Under the pieces are notes generated by a model. That model was not told the DNA's origin and did no database searches. It saw nothing but the letters and a program-made list of their open reading frames with translations. From Delftia acidovorans NBRC 14950 (GTDB lineage: Bacteria > Pseudomonadota > Gammaproteobacteria > Burkholderiales > Burkholderiaceae_C), in contig NZ_BCZP01000007.1 in assembly GCF_001598795.1 (NCBI RefSeq), positions 1-32,000 on the forward strand: DNA of 32,000 bases. The letters run 5' to 3'. This document shows positions 25,007 through 32,000 of this stretch, piece after piece. Position numbers and translations under genes: made by a program. How positions within the stretch are numbered: the stretch's first letter is position 1; every line of letters starts with the position of its first letter.

Positions 25007-25942
25007 TCAAATTGCGATTTCCTGCCTGCGCACATGCTCGCGCACTGCATCGACCAGGATGCGCGCAAGGCGGTCCACGGGCTCCGGGGCATCCAGCGCG
25101 GCGCGGCCCAGGATCAGGTCCATGGACGGCAGGGCCGGCAGGCCAAGGGCCTGTGCATCCAGCGGCCTGACGTGGGCGGGCAGGCCGAACGGCGTGCGCA
25201 CGGACAGGCCCAGGCCGGCCGCCGTGGCGGCCCAGACGGCGGTCAGGCTGGCGCTGTTGAAGGCGTGCCGCCAGGCCAGGCCCTTTTTGTCCAGGGCGGC
25301 CGTCACGATGTCCCGCAGGGGGCAAGGCGCCTCAAGCATGGCCAGGGGCAGCGCCTCATCGCCCTGCGCCCCGCCGTTGAGGCCGCGCGCCCAGCCGGCC
25401 TCGGCCGCATCCAGCGATGCCGGGCCAATCCACTGAAGCGGCAGCCGCATGATGTGCTCGCCATGCACGCAGGCATGGTTCATGCCCACATCCCAGAGCA
25501 GCGCCAGGTCGAACTGGCCCAGGGCGATGCGTTCGCGCAGTTCATCGCTGCGGGCCACGCTGGCCTCGATGCGCACATGCGGGTGGGCACGTGCGAACTG
25601 CCCCAGCACATGGGGCAGCACGCTTTCGCCCAGGTCTTCCTGCAGGCCCAGGCGCACCAGGCCGCGCAGCTCGCTGCCGCGCACGGCCGCCACGGCGCGG
25701 TCGTTGAGTTCCAGCAGGCGCAGCGCATAGCCGCGCAAGGTTTCCCCCGCCTCCGTCAGCACCAGCCCCCGGCCGGACTTGCGCAGCAAGGGCGTGCCGC
25801 ATTGGGACTCCAGCTTCTTGAGCTGGGCACTGACGGCCGATGTGGAGCGGCCCAGCCGGTCCGCCGCCCGGGCAAAGCTGCCCAGTTCGACGCCGGTGCA
25901 AAAGGTGCGCAGCACATCCAGGTCATAGAGAACGCGTGTCAT
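25007..25942 (-). CDS. LysR-family transcriptional regulator
   Basis: HTH LRTFCTGVELGSFARAADRLGRSTSAVSAQLKKLE. ATG at 25942; the track start at 25948 is a TTG. It is divergent from the MFS gene. Confidence 0.88.
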   Translation of the reverse strand: MTRVLYDLDVLRTFCTGVELGSFARAADRLGRSTSAVSAQLKKLESQCGTPLLRKSGRGLVLTEAGETLRGYALRLLELNDRAVAAVRGSELRGLVRLGLQEDLGESVLPHVLGQFARAHPHVRIEASVARSDELRERIALGQFDLALLWDVGMNHACVHGEHIMRLPLQWIGPASLDAAEAGWARGLNGGAQGDEALPLAMLEAPCPLRDIVTAALDKKGLAWRHAFNSASLTAVWAATAAGLGLSVRTPFGLPAHVRPLDAQALGLPALPSMDLILGRAALDAPEPVDRLARILVDAVREHVRRQEIAI

Positions 25943-26032
25943 TGCCAAGCCCCCAATCGTGCTGAAAAAATGGATTGTAGATACGAAATTATGTGATTTT
26001 CAGGATGGTTGAGGCCCAACATACTGCCGCCC

Positions 26033-27397
26033 ATGACCTCCTCTTCTCCTGCACCCGGCGCCGATCCGGGCCCCCTCCTGCCCTTGCCCTCCCCGCCCCG
26101 CCACCGATGGAAGGTGCTGGCGGCAGGCGTCATCGCCAATGCCGCGTTTTCCGTGGCTTTCAGCGGGATTCCCATGACGGCCATCCTCATGCGTTCGGGC
26201 TACCAGCTGGACACCCGGACGCTGGGCCTGGCGCTGGGGCTGATGGGCCTGGGCATTGCGCTCAGTGAATTGCCCTGGGGATTGCTGACGGACCGCTGGG
26301 GTGACCGGCCGGTGCTGCTGCTCGGCCTGTGCGGCACGGCCGTGGCCCTGGCGGCCATGGCGCTATGGGCTTCGCCATCGCCGGCCCATATCCCGCCGTT
26401 TGGCTTGCTGGCTGGCGGCCTGGTGCTGGTGGGGCTGCTGGGCGGCAGCGTGAACGGCGCCAGCGGCCGGGCAGTCATGGGCTGGTTTGCCGAGGGCGAG
26501 CGCGGCCTGGCCATGAGCATCCGCCAGACCGCCGTGCCGCTGGGTGGCGCCATCGGCGCGCCCTTGCTGACCAGCCTGGCCACGCATGCAGGCTTTGCCG
26601 CCGTCTATGGCGTGCTGGCTGCGCTGTGCCTTGGGGCTGCCGCATTCGCCGCGCTGTGGATTCAGGAGCCGCCGCAGTCACCGCTTCGAAGCAAGGCCGC
26701 CGCGCCGCACCACGCCGGATCCACCACACTCGGCCCATTGCGCGATCTGCAGGCCTGGCGCATGGCCGCCGGCATCGGCATCCTGTGCGCCCCGCAGTTC
26801 GCCGTGCTGTCCTTTGGTATGGTGTTCCTGCATGACCATGCCCAGTTGGGGCTGGGCGCGGCGGCCGCCCTCATGTCGGTCGTGCAACTGGCTTCCATGG
26901 CCTTGCGGATCTGGAGCGGCCGCTGGACCGACAGGCACCGGAACAGGCCCGCCTTTCTGCGCGCCTGCTGCCAGCTCACCCTGGCGCTGTTCGCGGGCCT
27001 TGCGGTCCTGAGCTGGGCCGGCCACCCGGTCGGGTCTGCTGCGATGGGTGTGGCTCTCATGGTGATGCTGGGCATCTGCGGCATCTGCGTGTCCGCCTGG
27101 CATGGCGTGGCCTACACGCAGCTGGCCGGGATGGCCGGCGCAGCCCGCGCGGGCACGGCGCTGGGCATGGCCAATACCTCCGTGTTCGCGGTCTGCTTTC
27201 TGGTGCCCCTGGCCATACCGCATCTGCTGTCGGCCCAGGGCTGGGGGCTGGTCTGGGCCTGTGCGGCGGCCTGCGCGGGCTGGGCCATGCAGCTGTTTGC
27301 ACGGGCCGGTGCCATTGGCAACGCCAAGGCCGCGAAGACCCCCCAATTGCACGAGAATGTTGGCTGTCTTCCCCCACCGACCTCCCCTCGATCATGA
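26033..27397 (+). CDS. MFS transporter (12-TMS type), substrate unknown
   Basis: Hydrophobic throughout. Motif A-like LTDRWGDRPVLLLG. ATG at 26033. The stop overlaps the next start. Confidence 0.8.
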   Translation: MTSSSPAPGADPGPLLPLPSPPRHRWKVLAAGVIANAAFSVAFSGIPMTAILMRSGYQLDTRTLGLALGLMGLGIALSELPWGLLTDRWGDRPVLLLGLCGTAVALAAMALWASPSPAHIPPFGLLAGGLVLVGLLGGSVNGASGRAVMGWFAEGERGLAMSIRQTAVPLGGAIGAPLLTSLATHAGFAAVYGVLAALCLGAAAFAALWIQEPPQSPLRSKAAAPHHAGSTTLGPLRDLQAWRMAAGIGILCAPQFAVLSFGMVFLHDHAQLGLGAAAALMSVVQLASMALRIWSGRWTDRHRNRPAFLRACCQLTLALFAGLAVLSWAGHPVGSAAMGVALMVMLGICGICVSAWHGVAYTQLAGMAGAARAGTALGMANTSVFAVCFLVPLAIPHLLSAQGWGLVWACAAACAGWAMQLFARAGAIGNAKAAKTPQLHENVGCLPPPTSPRS

Positions 27398-28032
27398 CCA
27401 TCGCCCACTGGCTTGTTTTCTGCGGCGTCTCGCTGTTGATGTGCTTCACCCCCGGCCCCGCCGTGTTGCTGGCCATCTCCAACTCGGTGGACGTGGGCGC
27501 AAGGCGAACGGCACTGAGCTCGCTGGGCAGCTCGGTCGGCATCTTTGTGGTGTCCGGGCTGGCGATGATCGGCATGGGGACCATCCTCGCCATGTCGGCC
27601 CATGCATTTTTGGCCATGAAGGTGGCGGGCGCCATGTACCTGATCTGGCTGGGCGTCAAGCGCTGGCGCAGCAAGGACGGCTTGCTGGGCAGCGATGCGG
27701 GCCTGGCCCCCACCCAGCGGCGCGAGCGTAAGAACTGGCAACTGGTGGCCCAGGGCATGGGCGTGTCGCTGACCAATCCCAAGGCCATCCTGTTCTTCTC
27801 GGCGCTGTTTCCCCAGTTTGTCGTCCCGGGCGAGCCGCTGCTCACGCAGTACCTGGTGCTGACCACCACCTTCGCGGTCTGCGCCCTGATCTCGCACGCC
27901 TGCTACGTGCTGCTCATCTCCCTGATCAAGGGCCACCTGGTGGCACACGCCAAGCTGTTCAACCGCATCGTGGGCGGCACCTTCATCGCGCTGGGTGTGG
28001 GACTGCTCAGGACACGGCACAAGCTGGGCTGA
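27394..28032 (+). CDS. LysE/RhtB-family amino-acid (or metabolite) exporter
   Basis: N-terminal FTPGPAVLLAIS, then NPKAILFFSALFPQF. 212 aa. Its ATGA overlaps the stop of the upstream MFS gene. Confidence 0.85.
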   Translation: MTIAHWLVFCGVSLLMCFTPGPAVLLAISNSVDVGARRTALSSLGSSVGIFVVSGLAMIGMGTILAMSAHAFLAMKVAGAMYLIWLGVKRWRSKDGLLGSDAGLAPTQRRERKNWQLVAQGMGVSLTNPKAILFFSALFPQFVVPGEPLLTQYLVLTTTFAVCALISHACYVLLISLIKGHLVAHAKLFNRIVGGTFIALGVGLLRTRHKLG

Positions 28033-28157
28033 GTGTGTGCGCAGCCCCTGCTCGCACGGGCCAGGTGCGCTGCGCAAGCCAATGCAAGCGCGCCCCCAGC
28101 GCCTGCCACGCCCGCCACGCCCACGAAGGGCGGGCGGCGCGGCCGCAGATGCCAGGC

Positions 28158-28463
28158 TCAGTTCGCCCGCGCATCCTTCACCACGAAATGCTCCACATGC
28201 GGTGCCTGCGCAAAGTATGGGCCGATGATGGCGCGCCACTGCGCGAAGGCGGGTGACTCGCGAAAGCCCACGGTGTGGTCTTCCAGGGTCTCCCAGTTCA
28301 CCTGCAGCACGTAGCGGCCGGGCGTTTCCATGCAGGCAAGAATGCTGTGCCCACGGTATCCACCGGCCTTGGACAGCACGTCGGCCACGGCCTGGGTCAG
28401 GGCCTGGCCGAATTCCTCGTGCCTGGCGGGATCGACCCTCAGTTCGGCAATTTCAACAATCAT
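28158..28463 (-). CDS. ABM-family (antibiotic biosynthesis monooxygenase-like, ferredoxin-fold) small protein
   Basis: 101 aa. Pattern MIVEIAELRV...F......H..S..F..WR. SD AGGAGA lies upstream of the ATG. Confidence 0.6.
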   Translation of the reverse strand: MIVEIAELRVDPARHEEFGQALTQAVADVLSKAGGYRGHSILACMETPGRYVLQVNWETLEDHTVGFRESPAFAQWRAIIGPYFAQAPHVEHFVVKDARAN

Positions 28464-28537
28464 GGATATCTCCTGGAGAGGCGGCTCGATGTCGGCGCGG
28501 GAGGGCGGCCGAGGGCATCGCTCCTGGTTGAGAGACT

Positions 28538-28563
28538 GGATGCGCGCAGGGCTGCGCGCATCC
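28538..28563. other. Perfect 11-bp-stem GC hairpin in the qor-ABM spacer
   Basis: GGATGCGCGCA-gggc-TGCGCGCATCC. A second hairpin, CCTGCCC-N16-GGGCAGG (28597-28626), sits right after the qor stop. Confidence 0.5.
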
Positions 28564-28629
28564 GGAGACTTGGAATATTGCAGAACTTGAGGATTCCTGC
28601 CCAGGGGATGCGCGCCCCGGGCAGGCGCC

Positions 28630-29643
28630 TTACTGCCCGGCCTGCTCAGGGATCAGCAGCAGCTTGCCCACGCTCTGGCCCGATTCCATGCGCCGGTGCG
28701 CCTGCGCGGCCTCGGCCAGCGGGTAGGTGCTGTCGATCACCGGGCGGATGGTGCCGGCCGCCAGCGCGGGCAGCCAGCGCTGGGCGAAGCGCTGGACCAT
28801 GGCCTGCTTGACTTCGGGCGGGCGCGACTTCATCACCGTGCCGAAGATCCGCAGGTGCTTGTACAGCAGCACATCCATGGGCACGGCCGCCGCCAGCGCG
28901 CCGCCCAGCAGGCCCACGCAGACCATGCGCCCGCCCATGCCCAGCGAGCGCATATTGCGCTCCAGGTAGGGGGCGCCAATGAAATCGACCACCACGTCCA
29001 CGCCCTTGCCGCCCGTCCTGTCGGCCACCACGGCCTGGAAGTCTTCGCTGCGGTAGTCGATGAACACATCGGCGCCAAGGCCCGTGACGGCGTCCCGCTT
29101 GTCGCCGCTGGCCGTGGCAAACACGCGCGCGCCGGCCGCATGCGCCAGTTGTACGGCCGCCGAGCCCACGCCGCTGCCCGCCGCGTGGATCAGCACCGAT
29201 TCGCCGGGCTGCAGGCTGGCCAGGTGGAACAGCGCCTCATGCGCGGTGACGAAGACTTCGGCCACCGCGCCGGCGTCGGTCAGCGACAGGCTCTCGGGCA
29301 CATGCATGGCCATGCGGTGGTCGATGCGCGACAGCTCGGCATAGGCGCCGCCGCCCACGATGCCCATGACGCGGTCGCCCACGGCAAAGCCCTGCACCTG
29401 CGCGCCCACCTCCACCACGGTGCCGGCGATCTCCAGGCCCATGAGGTCGGATTCGCCAAAGTGGGCGCGGCCATAGGCGCCCTTGCGGTGGGATACATCG
29501 GCACGGTTCACGCCAATCGCGGCGTTGCGCACCAGAAGGTCATGGGGCCGGACTTCGGGCCGGGCCACGTCGCGGGCCACGAGCACTTCGGGGCCGCCGA
29601 AGTCGTCGAAAACAATGGCTTGCATGCTTGTGCTGTCTTTCAT
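28630..29643 (-). CDS. NAD(P)H:quinone oxidoreductase (zeta-crystallin/Qor-like MDR)
   Basis: IGVNRADV and AAGSGVGSAAVQLA Rossmann motifs, with a C-terminal SGQSVGKLLL. The start is ambiguous: ATG 29643, ATG 29625 (giving MQAIVF), or the track's TTG at 29661. Confidence 0.85.
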   Translation of the reverse strand: MKDSTSMQAIVFDDFGGPEVLVARDVARPEVRPHDLLVRNAAIGVNRADVSHRKGAYGRAHFGESDLMGLEIAGTVVEVGAQVQGFAVGDRVMGIVGGGAYAELSRIDHRMAMHVPESLSLTDAGAVAEVFVTAHEALFHLASLQPGESVLIHAAGSGVGSAAVQLAHAAGARVFATASGDKRDAVTGLGADVFIDYRSEDFQAVVADRTGGKGVDVVVDFIGAPYLERNMRSLGMGGRMVCVGLLGGALAAAVPMDVLLYKHLRIFGTVMKSRPPEVKQAMVQRFAQRWLPALAAGTIRPVIDSTYPLAEAAQAHRRMESGQSVGKLLLIPEQAGQ

Positions 29644-29765
29644 TGCGCAATGAGTATTCAAAAAAGGGTTGAAGGTCCGATACCCAAAGCTTACGACTGC
29701 TCCAAGCCGCTCAAACGCAGCGATTTCGCTCTACAGTGCTGCAAATCTGCATCAACGAAACCGCC

Positions 29766-30662
29766 ATGAACTGGGATGACACCCGCATCTTCCTCGCGCT
29801 GACGCGCACGCCCTCCCTGCGCGCCGCCGCGCGCAGCCTGGGCGTGGACCAGGCCACCGTGGGCCGCCGCCTGAACGCGCTGGAGGCCGAGCTGGGCAGC
29901 AAGCTGTTTTTGCGCGCCAGGGATGGCTACCTGCTCACCGCCGCTGGCGAGGCCGCGCTGGGCGCCGCGCGGCGCATGGAAGGCGCGGCGCTGGACCTGC
30001 GCACGCGCATCGAGGGGCTGGACGACAGCCCGGCCGGCCTGGTGCGCGTGACCAGCACCGACTCGATCGCAACCGAATTCCTGCTGCCCGCCATAGAACG
30101 CCTGCAGCAGCGCTGGCCCGGCATCCGCGTCGATCTGGAGGTGTCCACGCACATGCTGAACCTGGGCCGCCGCCAGGCCGATATCGCGTTTCGCAACGTT
30201 CGCCCCGAGGCACCCGAGCTGGTGGTGCGCCGCGTGGTTGCCTGGCCCGTGGGACTGTTTGCGAGCGCAGCCTACGTGGCGCGCTTTGGCCAGCCGTCGG
30301 CAGAGGACGAGTTGCGCGGCCACCACCTCGTGGTCTACGGCCCCTTCCTGGAGCAGCGGCCCGTTCCCACCATGGTCGATGTGCCCGCGCGCCAGGCCCG
30401 GATCGCCATGGCCGCCAACTCGAGCCTGCTGGTGCGCAAGGCCGTGGCGGCCGGCATCGGCCTGGGCGAAATGCCCGTGAGCATGGGCGAGCGCGAAGGC
30501 CTGCTGCGCATCTGGCCCCAGCGCCAGCGCTCGGACGACTACGAGGTCTGGCAGGTCATGCACCCCGACCTGCAGCGCACGGCCCGGGTGCGCGTCACGG
30601 CCGAGTTCCTGGCCCAGGCGCTGGGCCAGACGATCAGCCCTGCTCCAGCAGCACCCGGATGA
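29766..30662 (+). CDS. LysR-family transcriptional regulator (divergent from qor)
   Basis: MNWDDTRIFLALTRTPSLRAAARSLGVDQATVGRRLNALE is the HTH. ATG at 29766. Confidence 0.88.
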   Translation: MNWDDTRIFLALTRTPSLRAAARSLGVDQATVGRRLNALEAELGSKLFLRARDGYLLTAAGEAALGAARRMEGAALDLRTRIEGLDDSPAGLVRVTSTDSIATEFLLPAIERLQQRWPGIRVDLEVSTHMLNLGRRQADIAFRNVRPEAPELVVRRVVAWPVGLFASAAYVARFGQPSAEDELRGHHLVVYGPFLEQRPVPTMVDVPARQARIAMAANSSLLVRKAVAAGIGLGEMPVSMGEREGLLRIWPQRQRSDDYEVWQVMHPDLQRTARVRVTAEFLAQALGQTISPAPAAPG

Positions 30663-32000
30663 GTAGGTGCGGCTGCAGCGGCTTTTCCAGATAGTGGTCA
30701 AAGCCTGCCTGCAGCGCCTGGGTGCGGTCCTGCTCCCGGGCAAAGGCGCTGAGCGCCACGATCTTCACCTGTCTTGTTCCGCCAAAGTGAGCGGCCTCCG
30801 CTTCGCGCAGGGCCTTGACCAGCTGGAACCCGTCCTTTCCCGGCAGCCCTATGTCGCTGACGATGAGGCTGGGCCACTGCGCCTGGACCAGGGCCATGGC
30901 CTGGTCGAAGTTCTCGGCACTCCTGACGGTGGCACCCTGGTCGGTCAGCACCACTTTCAGCATTTCGCTGGTGTCCGCATTGTCTTCAACGATGACGATG
31001 TCCTTGCCTTCCAGGGATTCGCCATTTTCAAGATGCGCATTCATCGGGTCGGCCTGGGAGGCGCTTGCCTCGTGCAGCGGAATCTCCACCCGCATGGTGA
31101 CGCCACGGCCCACGCCTTCGCTGTGGGCACGCACGGTGCCCCCATGCAGCTCCACCAGGTGCTTGACGATGGACAGCCCCAATCCCAGGCCGGAATGGCC
31201 ACGGGTGGCGGGGGCGGAGGCCTGCGAGAAGCGCTCGAAGACATGCGGGAGGAATTCAGGCGCGATGCCCACGCCCTCGTCCGCCACGCTCATCACCAGG
31301 CTTTCGTCCCTGATTTCAAGGCCCACCTTCACCACGCTGCGCGCATTGGAGAACTTGATGGCGTTGGAGACCAGGTTCCACAGGATTTGCTGGAATCGCG
31401 TGACATCGATCCACGCCATGATGTCATCGGACGGCGCCTCGAACTGCAGGGTGATGTTCTTGTCGGCGGCGTTGTCGCGCAACGGCTCCAGGCTTTGCAC
31501 GGCCAATGAGCAGACATTGACCTCCTCGCGGTGCAGATTGAGTTTTCCCGTCGTCAGGCGCGAGATATCCAGAATGTCCGCAATGATGCGGCTTTGTGCC
31601 TTCACGCCTTTCTCGATGGCATCTATGCCCTTCTTGAGCATGGCCTCGCTGAGGTTGGCGCGCTTGAGCAAATGCGTGCCCCCGTTGAGCAGGGACAGCG
31701 GCGTGCGCAGTTCATGCGAAAGCACGGCGACAAAATCATCCTTGGTGCGGCTGATGCGCTCTGCGGCCACGCGCGCCGCCTGCTCCTGCTCCAGCATCTG
31801 CTGGCGCTGCCTCTCGAACTCCAGCGACTCCGTCAGGTCCTGGGCCACGGCCAGGCGGATGCCGGGCTCGATGGGATCGGAGAACTTCCAGGAGATCAGG
31901 CGCTCCTGCCCGTCTGCCTGGAGGATGGGGAACTCGCCGCGCCAGGACTTTTCTGGGTCTTCGGCCAATTGCTGCGCAGCTTTTTCCCGAACGGCCTGCG
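30634..32000 (-). CDS. Hybrid sensor histidine kinase/response regulator (PAS C-terminus, HisKA, HATPase_c, REC); the 5' end lies beyond the right edge
   Basis: H-box SHELRTPL. N/G boxes NLVSNAIKF, DEGVGI and GLGLGLSIV. REC domain with IVSDIGLPG and LEKP. The frame stays open upstream of the track's TTG at 31968 through to position 32000. Confidence 0.88.
   Translation of the reverse strand, partial: QAVREKAAQQLAEDPEKSWRGEFPILQADGQERLISWKFSDPIEPGIRLAVAQDLTESLEFERQRQQMLEQEQAARVAAERISRTKDDFVAVLSHELRTPLSLLNGGTHLLKRANLSEAMLKKGIDAIEKGVKAQSRIIADILDISRLTTGKLNLHREEVNVCSLAVQSLEPLRDNAADKNITLQFEAPSDDIMAWIDVTRFQQILWNLVSNAIKFSNARSVVKVGLEIRDESLVMSVADEGVGIAPEFLPHVFERFSQASAPATRGHSGLGLGLSIVKHLVELHGGTVRAHSEGVGRGVTMRVEIPLHEASASQADPMNAHLENGESLEGKDIVIVEDNADTSEMLKVVLTDQGATVRSAENFDQAMALVQAQWPSLIVSDIGLPGKDGFQLVKALREAEAAHFGGTRQVKIVALSAFAREQDRTQALQAGFDHYLEKPLQPHLLIRVLLEQG

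Noticed and set aside
1-32000. Mobile elements, CRISPR arrays, toxin-antitoxin pairs, restriction-modification or other defence systems, tRNA/rRNA genes
   Set aside because: I looked for transposase, integrase or recombinase motifs, for regularly spaced 25-40-bp repeats, for cloverleaf-like segments and for typical defence-gene domains, and found none. The only repeats are the coding 210-bp units and the short tandem duplications reported above.

Overview
High-G+C chromosomal segment; a Burkholderiales/Comamonadaceae-type betaproteobacterium is my guess from composition and gene content only. It holds about 30 protein genes. I saw no rRNA, tRNA, CRISPR array, IS/transposase, integrase, phage or recognisable defence genes. 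Left to right: (1) the 5' part of a large secreted repeat protein on the minus strand. It runs off the left edge, and its frame is missing from the supplied ORF track. (2) A small hypothetical gene. (3) An arsR-arsC-arsB arsenic resistance operon. (4) A tetR / MDR oxidoreductase / SDR operon, divergent from an FAD monooxygenase, with two copies of one palindromic operator. (5) An amino-acid ABC importer with a binding protein and two permeases but no ATPase. (6) A DHA2 MFS exporter with a divergent LysR. (7) A solitary CbiM-family membrane protein. (8) A c-di-GMP/envelope neighbourhood: membrane GGDEF cyclase, orphan GT9 glycosyltransferase, and a 704-aa metallophosphoesterase lipoprotein. (9) A 51-codon ORF with a strong SD and a terminator, followed by a lower-G+C islet carrying a short BLUF photoreceptor and a GAF-GGDEF(degenerate)-EAL phosphodiesterase. 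(10) A yybP-ykoY Mn riboswitch plus mntP, a PRC-barrel protein and a small c-type cytochrome. (11) LysR / MFS / LysE, an ABM-family protein, a quinone oxidoreductase, another LysR, and a hybrid histidine kinase that runs off the right edge. Because of the G+C content, many long ORFs in the track are antisense or alternate-frame shadows; I chose among them by protein motifs. I did not find a clear-cut novel multi-gene machine. The best candidates for under-described biology are the split BLUF/EAL light-to-c-di-GMP module with its adjacent small ORF, the GGDEF-GT9-lipoprotein phosphoesterase neighbourhood, the orphan CbiM-like protein with helically phased upstream repeats, and the edge-truncated repeat protein. 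All functional calls come from motif recognition by eye, with no database search.
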